Assembly: GCA_024679065.1 (NCBI GenBank)
Contig: JAGIQG010000272.1
Coordinates: 1-44,488 of the forward strand
Length of the DNA: 44,488 bases
Reading direction: 5' to 3'
Origin: Sphyrna mokarran
Lineage: Eukaryota
Both the position numbers and the translations under genes were made by a program. Positions 24,059 to 33,773 of this stretch are shown one piece after another. Position 1 is the first letter of the stretch, and each line of letters opens with the position of its first letter. The notes under the pieces were generated by a model. That model ran no database searches. It saw only the letters and a list, made by a program, of their open reading frames with translations, and was not told the DNA's origin.

Positions 24059-24865
24059 GATAGGATGCAAGACTGGGCGGAGAAGTGGCAGATGAACTTC
24101 AAAACGGATAAATGACTAGTGGTCCATTTTGGCAGGAATAGTGGGATGAAGGAGTACAATCTAAGGGGTAGGAGTCTTAGCTGTGTTGTAGAGCAGAACG
24201 ATCTCGAGGTCCAGGTCCATAGGACTCTTAAATCGGCCTCGCACGTGGAGGAAGTGGTCAAGAAGGCGTACGGTGTACTGGCCTTCATTAATCGAAGAAT
24301 AGAGTTTAGGAGTCAGGAGGTAATGATGCAGCTCTATAAGACTCGTGTCAGACCCCACTTGGAGTATTGTGAGCAGTTCTGGTCGCCTCACTATAGGAAG
24401 GATGTAGAGAGTGCAGAGGAGATTTACAAGGATGCTGCCTGGATTGGGCGGCAGGCCTTTTGAAGATACGTTGAGGGAGCTGGGACTCTTCTCAATGGAG
24501 AGACGTAGGTTGAGAGGCGACCTGATAGAGGTTTATAAAATGTTGAGAGGAATAGGTAGGGTGGACTGTCAGAGACTATTTCCCCGAGCTGAAATGGTCA
24601 CTACGAGAGGACACAGATTTAAGGTGCAGGGAAGCAAATACAAAGGAGATGTCAGGGGTAGGTTTTTCACTCAGAGGGTGGTGAGTGAATGGAACCGAAT
24701 GCCGTCGGAGACGTTGAGGTAAACTCACTGGGGCCTTTTAAAAGACATCTGGATAAGTATATGGAAACGAATAGGATAGGGGATTATAGATAGGTCTGTG
24801 GATTGGTAGATGCGATCGGCGCAACACCTGGGCCGAAGGGCCTGTTTGTGCTGTATTGTTCTATA
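24059..24865 (+). mobile_element. 5'-truncated CR1 copy of a second subfamily, flanked by (TA)n on both sides
   Basis: ORFs 24119-24463 and 24411-24722; close to 35597-36398. Confidence 0.92.
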
Positions 24866-24959
24866 TATATATATGGCCTCTCGTTCTGGATTGTCCACGA
24901 GGGAGGACATCTTTTCAAAGTATAGTATAACTTGGAGGAAGGAAGTGAAGGTGTTACGA

Positions 24960-26580
24960 AGAGAAGTGAACGATTGCCGATGAGTTTCATTCATGTTTCA
25001 TCAGACTCGAGTAGCCGAATCTTAAACAACTATCAGCTCACAGAGCATCCAGGAGGAAGAGCGGGTGATGGATAGTAGTTATTGAGAAGCGGTAACACCT
25101 AAAAATGAAGCTAGCTGTGTGACAGTCAGGAGAACGGAGGAGAGGAGGCAATCAGTGCAGGAATCCCTTGTGATTATTCTCTCCAAAATAAGTATACCTT
25201 TTTGGATACTGCAGGGGAGGATGACCTTCCAGGGGTATGTCTTAGTGACCAGGTCTCTGGTGCCGAGTTGGACTCTATGGGTCAGAAGGAATAGGGGGAG
25301 AATATGAGAGTCATAGTAGTGGGGGACTCAGTCGTTAGAGGCAGAGACATGTGGTTCTGTGAGCGTGAACGAGACTCCAGGATGGTCGACTGTTTCCTTG
25401 GTGCTACGATCCTGGTTGTCTCTGAACGAGTAGAGAGCACCCTAAAAGGGGTCATTGTCATTGTCTACCTTGCTACAAATGACATAGACAGAAAATAGGG
25501 AAATCCAGCAAGGACAATTTAGGGCTTTAGGTAAAAGGCTAAAAAACAAGACTTCACGTGTAGAAATCTCTGGATTGTTCCCCGTGCCAAATACTAGTGA
25601 GGCTGAGAATAGGGAGATAGTGCCGCTGAACACATGGATAAAGAACTGCTGCAGGAAGGAGGGTTTCAGATTTGTGGATAACTGGAATGTCTTTCAGAGA
25701 AGATGGGACCTGTACAAGAAGGAAGGATTACACCTGAACTGGAGAGGCATCGATATCCTGGCTGGGAGGTTTACTATTGTGTTTCGAGTAAATTTAAACT
25801 AATGTGGCAATGGGGTGGGAATCAGAACAGGTCAGCAAGAGAAGAGACTCGGGGGTGGGGGGGGGGGGGGGGGGGGCGAGCACGGGGCCAAGTCAAGGCT
25901 ACCCAAGAGGAACAGCAATCTCGGGAAGGATAAACTCAGTCAGCCTGGAGTTCTGTAGTGCATCTGCTTAAATTAAGGAGCGAATGCGCAAGGCAGATGA
26001 ACTTGGAGCTTTAAGACAGGTGGTAAACTTCAATGTGGTTGCAGTGAGAGGAACTTGAAAGAAGGACAGGACTGACAGCCGAATATTCCGTGTACAAGTG
26101 CTTTAGGCGTGATAGAAGAAGAGATAGTAGAGGTGGGAGAATAGTAATACTGGTTAGGGAGTATATTGCAGCGGTACAGAGGGTGGACAATTTGGTAGGA
26201 TCATGTAATGAAACACTTTGGGTAGAGCTCAGAACCAGGGACGACGCAGTCACTTTTCTGGGGTTATACTACAAGGTCTCCCGACAGCCCACGGAAAGTT
26301 GTGGAACGGATACGTAAGAAAATTCTGGATAGGTGTAGAAAAAATAGGGCGGTTGCAGTGGAAGACTTTAATTTCCCTCATACAGACTGAATTCCGTTAG
26401 GACTGGAGGTCTGGACGAGAAAGAATTTGTGAAATGTGCCCAGGAAGTTTCTTTGGAACAACACGTTGATAGCTCTACTAGAGAGGATGATTTACTGGAC
26501 TGATAAATGGTTAATGAGGCCGGTCAGGTCATCAAACTTTCAGTGGAGGAACATGTGGCGAACAGCGATGACAATTCAGT
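24960..26580 (+). mobile_element. Degenerate 5' half of a CR1 (ORF1 esterase and endonuclease remnants), RT absent
   Basis: VIVVGDSVVRG, CRKEGFRFVDNW...DLYKKEGLHLNW, YKCFRRDR...ETLWVELR. Confidence 0.85.
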
Positions 26581-27470
26581 ACACTAAATCCTATGGCACA
26601 GTTGAGCATAAGGTGTTTCACTCTGTGTATGATTCAAAGAACCAACATGAAAGCTTGTATCAAACAAAGTTTATTTTAGAATATGGCTGAATTTAAATCG
26701 AAATAATTTGCATAACGTTTCCCAATTACACGATTCGAATATGATATAGAATAGACTTTACCAGCCAGCTGTCTATGAAGTTCCAATTCAAACAACATAT
26801 CCCTTTCTAGCCTTAGAACAACCGTAAACATATTCACGTGGTGCTGAGTTTTCAGCTGTTTAACTCCTATCGTGAACTGATCCTTTGAATTTTGGATTAA
26901 ATCACTGAGGCTTCCGAGTCCCAGAAATTTCCAAAACACCTCTGGAGAGAGAAATGGACCGGGACATGCCAGCCTCCATCAGCTGCTAACAGTAATTCAC
27001 AGACAGCATAACTTGAAACTCCAGAGCAAGGGCAACTGCTTCCCACCTCAGGATACTGCTGAACAAAAAAAGTAAAAACTTGCACTTCTCTGCGAAAGAA
27101 AAAAAAAGTCCCCAGGCACCAGCTGACTTAAGAATCACACTCCACCCCGTCCTTTCAAAAGGATCATATCACCGGAGGATTCTGCATTAGTCCAGGTTAA
27201 AAATGAACCAGATGGCAATTATATTGCTTCAGTTGCAATTGGAGGACGATGGTCTCTGTGACCAAAGCATGGCCAACACAATACTAGGAGCTGCTTGAAA
27301 AAGCTACTAAATAACATGATCGCAATCACATTCTTTTTATTGCCACAACTACTTATAGTTATATTGGCTGTGAATGGAAACATTACACTCTTGAATGTAA
27401 TTGTTTAGAAATACAGCCGTCTGCTCAAATGAGCATGTCAATCACATGTGAAATATTTTCTTTTTACTTA

Positions 27471-29068
27471 CATATAGAACATAGCACATGGAACACTACA
27501 GCACAAACAGGCCCTTCGGCCCACAAGTTGTGTCGATCATATCTATACCTACCAGGCCATAGAATTATCTGTAACTCCCAATCCCATTACATCCCATGTA
27601 CTCGTCCAGAAGTCTCTTAAAAGACCCCAGCGGGTTCGCCTCTAGCACCACTGATGGCAACCGATTCCATTCACTCACTACCCTCTGAGTGAAAAACTTA
27701 CCTCTAACATCTCCTCTGTACTTGCCCCCCAGCACTTTGAACCTGTGTCCTCTCGAAGCGACCATTTCAGCCCTGGGAAATAGCCTCTGAGAATCCGCCC
27801 TACTATTCCTCTCAACATCTTATAAACCTCTATCAGGTCGCATCTCAAACTTCGTCTCCCCAGAGAGAAGAGACCTAGCTCTCTCAACCTATCTTCATAA
27901 GTCATGCCCCCAATCCAGGCAACATTCTTGTAAATCTCATCTGCACCCTCTCAAAACCTTCCAAAATCCTTCCTATACTGAGGCGACCAGAACTGAACAC
28001 AATACTCCAAAGTTGCAGCATTACCTCCCGACTCCTAAACTCAATTCCTCTATTAATGAAGACTAGTACACCATATGCCTTCTTGACCACATCCTCCACT
28101 TGCAGGGGAGATTTAAGAGCCCTATGGACCCGGACCCCAAGATCCTTCTGCTCTTCAACGCTGCAAAGACTCCTACCCCTGATATTATACTCCTTCATTC
28201 CATTGGTCCTACCAAAACGGACCACCACACATGTATCCGCGTTGAAGTCCATCTGCCACTTCTCCACCCAGTCTTGCATCCTGTCTGTGTCTCACTGCAA
28301 CTTCTGACATCCCTCCAGACTATCCACAACACCACCAACATTCGTATCATCGGCAAACTTACTAATCCATCTCTCCACTTCCTCATCTACGTCATTTATG
28401 AAAATGACAAACAGCAAGGGTCCTAGAACATATCCCTGGGACACTCCACTGGTGACTGACTTCCATGCAGAAGATGACCCATCCACAACTACTCTCTGCC
28501 TTCTGCAGGCAAGCCAGTTCTGGATCCACAAGGCCAAATCCCTTTGGATCCTATGCCTTCTCACCTTCTGAAGAAGTCTTGCATGGGGGACCTTGTGAAA
28601 CACCTTGCTGAAATCCATGTAAACCACGTCCACTGCTCTTCCTTTGTCAATGTGTTCAGTCACATTTTCGAAGAATTCAACTCGGCTCATAAGGTACGAT
28701 CTGCCATACCAAAACCGTGTTGACTATTCCTGATCAAATTGAATTTCTCTAAATGATCATAAATCCTATCTCTCAGAATCCCCTCCATCAACTTACCGAC
28801 CACTGAGGTCAGACTCACTGGTCGGTAATTGCCCTGGCTATCCCTATTCCCCGTCTTGAAAATAGGCACCACATCGCAATCCTCAATCTTCCAGAACCTC
28901 TCCTGTCTCTATCGACGACGCGAAGATCATGGCCAGAGGCTCAGCGATCACTTCCCTCACCTCCCACAGTAACCTGGGGTACATCCCATCTGGATCTGGC
29001 GACTTATCTACCTTGATGGAATTTAACAGTTCCAATACCTCCTCTTTCTTAATATTCGCATACTCGAT
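27471..29068 (-). mobile_element. 5'-truncated CR1 copy (RT to tail), frameshifted
   Basis: ORFs 28883-29113, 28687-28872, 28292-28690 (FADD), 27902-28279, 27678-27905 and 27565-27765. Confidence 0.93.
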
Positions 29069-29069
29069 C

Positions 29070-29848
29070 TTTAACAGGGTTAAGCTTTTTCCTAGAATGG
29101 ACTCGAATAGCACATGGGGTCACGGGCTTAGGGTGAGGGGGGTAAGGTATAATTTGGATGCTAGAAGGAGTTTTTTCACACAGAGGATGGTGGGGGTATG
29201 GAATGCGCTGCCAAGTGGTGGAGACAGGTGCTCTGGAGTTATTTAAGAAATACTTAGATAGGCACATGAACAGAATGGGAATGGAGGGATATAGAAAACT
29301 GATTTAAAATAGGGATCGTGAGCCTTGGGAGTCCCTGGGAAGTGTGTAAATAGATAATGGTATTGATGTACTTGTTTTTATCCTACAGGTGCTTTGGTCC
29401 ACCTTGTTGTCTAATGAGGGGCATACATGCGATGGGTCGTGAGAGTGTGGCACTTGGATTTCTTTTCGAGAGTATCCTAATGCTTCAGGTCGTTAGTTTA
29501 CGCTTGACCTGGACCATTTGATGGGCAACACGGCAGCTCAGTGACTATTGCTATGCTGTGCAGATACATGGATTTGGGCCTGTGTCTGTGGGAGTTTGTG
29601 CATTCTCCCCGTGCTTGAGTGGGTTTTCTCCGGGTGCTCCGGTTTCCTCCCACATCCCAAAGATGTGCTTTTAGGCTAATTGGCAAACAAATTCTCCCTA
29701 AATTGTCTCAAATTTGGTTTTTAATCCATAGACCTATAAACATGGACAGGGATTGCGGGTGTAGGTGGGAACATCGGGGTAGCACGGGCTCGTTGGGCCG
29801 AAGGGCCTGTTTCCCTTGCTGTTTTATTCTTTATTCTTTGTTATTTGT
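29070..29848 (+). mobile_element. CR1-SINE chimera copy 3
   Basis: LFPRMDS...GHGLRVRG...FFTQRMVGVWNALP, then the same 3' UTR, SINE core and tail. Confidence 0.85.
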
Positions 29849-29883
29849 GTTTACCCCTGTCCAACGCTGGCATCTCTACATCA

Positions 29884-31770
29884 TGAAGGGACTATTCCCA
29901 ACATTAATGAGCTACATTAATCTGAGTGTGAAGAGCCTGGTAGAAAAAAATACTGACAAAATGGTTCTGAAATGAGCAGTGAATGTTGAGCCTCACTGAG
30001 GGTCTGAACTGCAGACATGCTTGAGGCGGTATAGGCAGCCGCAGAGAGCGGGGCTCGGCAGCAAAGAGGCTCATTGCCTATGATCGCATCTGTTTGCTGT
30101 GAGTGTCAGAACACTCTTATTAACAGCCCATTGGGTGCTGTGCAAAACGCACTGAGGGGAGGAGAACGCTGACCAAGATTCTGACCACTTCACCACCTGA
30201 TGCTAGAGATGGAAAATGATGTTCGAGCTGTAGCTATCAGTGCATTTCCTGTTTCAATAATTGTCGTGCTTTAGGCTCAGAACAGCCTGCAGTAGTCAAA
30301 CGCTGGGACTAAGTGTTAGAATGCAGATTGTCGAGTGCGTCCGCACTATGGTATATTAGATCAAACAGACAACAGGCTCGTATACAATTTGACAGAGAGA
30401 AATCCTGCGGAAACTCCATCAATTCCTCCATGCCAACTAAGTTTCCAAATCGGAAGTAATCCTATTTGCCTTTTCCACCCGTATACCTGTTCAAGTGTCT
30501 TTTAAATATTGTAATTGTACGCATCTGCCACCTCCTCTGGAAGTTCATTCTAGATATCTGCAAAAGGTCTCTCCTCAAAATCCTTTTAACAATTCGCCGC
30601 TCAAATTCAAGCTATGGTCCTTAGTTTTAGACTCTCTTATCCTGGAGTATTGACACCTAAAAAACGGTGCAGATGCGGGAGGAAGGTGCAGACTCCATAC
30701 AGACAACGACCCAAATCGGGAATTGAACCAGCGTCCTTGAAACTATGAGACAGCAATGGAAACCAGAATAATACAGTCAATGCAGGATACAGCCGGGAGG
30801 GCCGAGATTGTCGAATTCCCATGTGCCCTGTGCTCCTCCCACCAATTTCCAACAGATAGCAATTTTGCTGAATTGTTACAGTGCACTTTTGTAGATATTA
30901 CACAGTGTGACCCCAGTGAGCTGCTGGTGAAGGGATTGGTCCCTTACATTAATGAGTTGTCCTAATAGGAATGTGAAGACCTCGTGTAAAGGATTACTGT
31001 TATAATGGGTTCTGAAATGAGCAGACAATGTTGGGCCTTACTGAGGGTCTGAACTATTTACAGAAATGTTTGATCTTGAATAATGATGAAGGGAGTCAGC
31101 AGAGGCAGTAGCTGAGAACCAGCTCCGGTAGCAACGAGGCACATTTCCTGTGACTGCGGCTGTTCGCTGTGAGTCTCAAAATACTCTTACCCACAGCCCA
31201 ATTGGGGCTCTGCAACATGAACTGGAGACGGTTGGCCAAGATTCTGATCACTTCATCATCTGATGCTTGAGATGGAAAAAAAAATGATGTTCTTGCCAGA
31301 AGTTGTCAATGCCTTTCCTGTTTTTTTTACAGTTGAGGCGCTTCATGTACAGAACCGCATAAGGTGGTCAAACACTGGAACTAAGTGTTAAACTGCAGAT
31401 TTATGAATGTTACCCGCCGGGGGTGGCTAGGAGTAAACAGAAAATAAGCTTGTGTATGATTAGAGAGAGAGAAATGCAGCATGGAGCAGATTCTTCTGCC
31501 GAACTCGTCCTTGTTGATCAGGTTTCCTAAACTGAACTAATCTCACTTTCCTGAGCTTGACCATATCCTTTCGAACTTATCCATCCATGTACTTGTACAA
31601 ATGTTTTTTTTTAATGTTGCAATTACACCTGTCACTAACACACCCTCTGAAATCTCATTCCATATGCGCACCACGCTCTGTATGAAACAGTTTACCCCGA
31701 TACCCTTCTATACGTTGCCCTCTCAACTTCGAGCTACGCTCCTCATTTTTTGTTTCTCGACTCCTTTTGA
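29884..31770. repeat. Old local tandem duplication (copy A about 29884-30650, copy B about 30927-31770)
   Basis: Collinear shared blocks: ACATTAATGAG, GGTTCTGAAATGAGCAG, CTGAGGGTCTGAACT, GCTGTGAGT, CCAAGATTCTGA, TTTCCTGTTT, ACTAAGTGTTA. Confidence 0.85.
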
Positions 31771-32004
31771 TGAAGTTGCTTGTGCAATTCACTAGGAAAA
31801 TGCAAAACCCAACGGCAAGGGCATACATCTATAACACCCATAAGTTGACTTTTGTACAGAAGACTTTACTTCCAATTTGGACGAACTGTCTCCATTTGTG
31901 CCCCTCCATCGTACAAAGAGGAAATTCTGACACTGGAATTAGCGCAGTGTCTCAGAAGAATTGCAGAATGGAACTACCATTAGTAACATGAAAGGTAAAG
32001 CAGA

Positions 32005-32915
32005 ATGGGATCAGTAAATTTGCAGATGATACTAAAGTTGGTGGTGTGGTAGATAGTGAAGAGGGGTGTTTTAGTTTACAGAGTGACTTGGACAAGTTGC
32101 AGAGCTGGGCCGAGAGGTGGCAAATGGAGTTTAATGTGAAAAGTGTGAGGTAATGCACTTTGGCAGGAACAATAAATGTGTAAAGTATAGGGCTAATGGT
32201 AGGACTCTTAATAGTGTTGATGAACAGAAGGATCTTGGTGTATATGTCAATAGATCCCTGAAAGTAGGCAGTCAAGTCGATAAAGTTGTTAAGAAGGCAT
32301 ATGGAGTCTTAGCTTTTATTGTTAGGGGGATTGAATTTAGGAGCCGCAACATCATGTTGCAACTGTACAAAACTCTAGTGCGGCCGCACTTGGAGTATTG
32401 TGTGCAGTTCTGGTCCCCACATTAAAGAAAGATGTGGAGGCATTGGAGAGGGTACAGAGGAGGTTTACCAGGATGTTGCCTGGTATGGAGGGCAGGTCCT
32501 ATGAAGAGAGGTTGAAGGATTTGAGGTTGTTTTCGTTAGAAAGGAGGCGGCTAAGGGGGATCTTATTGAAGCATATAAGATAATTAGAGGTTTAGATAGG
32601 GTGGACAGTGATAGACTTTTTCCTAGGATGGAGAAAGCTAGCACGATGGGACACAACTTTAAATTAAGGGGTATGAGTTATAGGACGGATATCAGAGGTA
32701 GGTTCTTTACTCAAAGAGAGATTAGGGAGTGGAATGCCCTGCCTGCAGCTGTTGTAGATGCCCAAGTTTGGTGGCGTTTAAGAGGTTAATTGATAAGTAT
32801 ATGGAAGAGAAGGGAATGGTTAGTTAGGAGGGGCATTGCTTTTTATTTTGGTCGGCACAACATCGAAGGCCGAAGGGCCTGTTCTGTGCTGTATTGTTCT
32901 ATGTTCTATGTTCTA
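32005..32915 (+). mobile_element. 5'-truncated young CR1 copy about 0.8 kb upstream of the IgSF gene
   Basis: Starts near FADD; ORFs 32153-32425, 32398-32583 and 32601-32789; (TTCTATG)n tail. Confidence 0.94.
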
Positions 32916-33014
32916 TTTTTTTTTTAATTTAAGAACGTAATGCCGAGGGGTAACAGAATAGATGTCCAGAAAATTCGACCATTAGCACGTACTCAGTGAC
33001 AGTTTCCGGTTTAT

Positions 33015-33390
33015 GGGGAGGCGATGGCCTCCTGGTATTATCGCTAGACTATTAATCGAGAAACACAGTTAATGCTCTGGGGACACGGTTAGAATCCTGA
33101 CACTGGTGCTAATTAAATTTGGGTTCAACATGAAAATCCAGAAAATCTGGAATTAAGGATCTACTAATGAACATGAAACCATTGTTCACTCTCAGAAATG
33201 AACGGAACTGGTTCGCTCAAATCCTTTCCGAAATAAATCTGCCGTCCTTATCCGACCTGGCCTACCTGCGACTTTACAGCCACAGTAATGTAGTGCTGAA
33301 GTCTCAATGAGTCTGAAATGCCGTCCACGTGCAACAATTCATCGACAGTAAATGTCGGCCAACCAGCACGCCCATGTCCCACAAATGTTT
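33015..33390 (+). mobile_element. tRNA-derived SINE, second family
   Basis: GGGGAGGCGATGGCCT..TGG A-box-like head and GGTTAGAATCC B-box-like motif. Confidence 0.7.
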
Positions 33391-33519
33391 GAAACCGTAG
33401 ATATTTAAACTAAAAAAAAGTTCACCCGAACTTTCAGCCTGCATCTATTCAATAGAACACTCAGAACTACAATGGAGAATAGTTAATTTGTACTCTACCA
33501 GTTGGGTGTTATGGCTCAC

Positions 33520-33718
33520 AAACTGAGGAATGTCAAACGAATATTGTGTTCACCCAACAATGTCCTACAATGGTGACGTAATCTCCACAACGGAGGTCGT
33601 CATAGTTTTCATCGAATCTGTAAAGGCCCAACTGAATGGGACGCAGGCCACGTCAGTGTGTCCACAGTTTCTGTAGAAGCGAGCCCGTGAGACACGACAC
33701 ATTGAAATTTCTATCAAG
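33520..33718 (+). promoter_or_regulatory. Putative proximal promoter and 5' UTR of the IgSF gene
   Basis: Apparently non-repetitive stretch before the ATG with GAGGAA (33525), CRE-like TGACGTAA (33574) and CCACGTCAG (33648); no obvious TATA or octamer. Confidence 0.4.
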
Positions 33719-33773
33719 ATGGCCGAAGAATCTCTATCTCTGATACTCATTTTCCAAATACTGAGGTTTCACT
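33719..33773 (+). CDS. Exon 1, leader peptide [18 protein letters not shown]
   Basis: Strong Kozak context (caagATGG), hydrophobic core, phase-1 donor T|GTGAGT compatible with the V-exon acceptor at 34302. Confidence 0.8.

Noticed and set aside
26706-26713. Ig octamer ATTTGCAT as the gene's promoter element
   Set aside because: About 7 kb upstream of the ATG with no supporting context.
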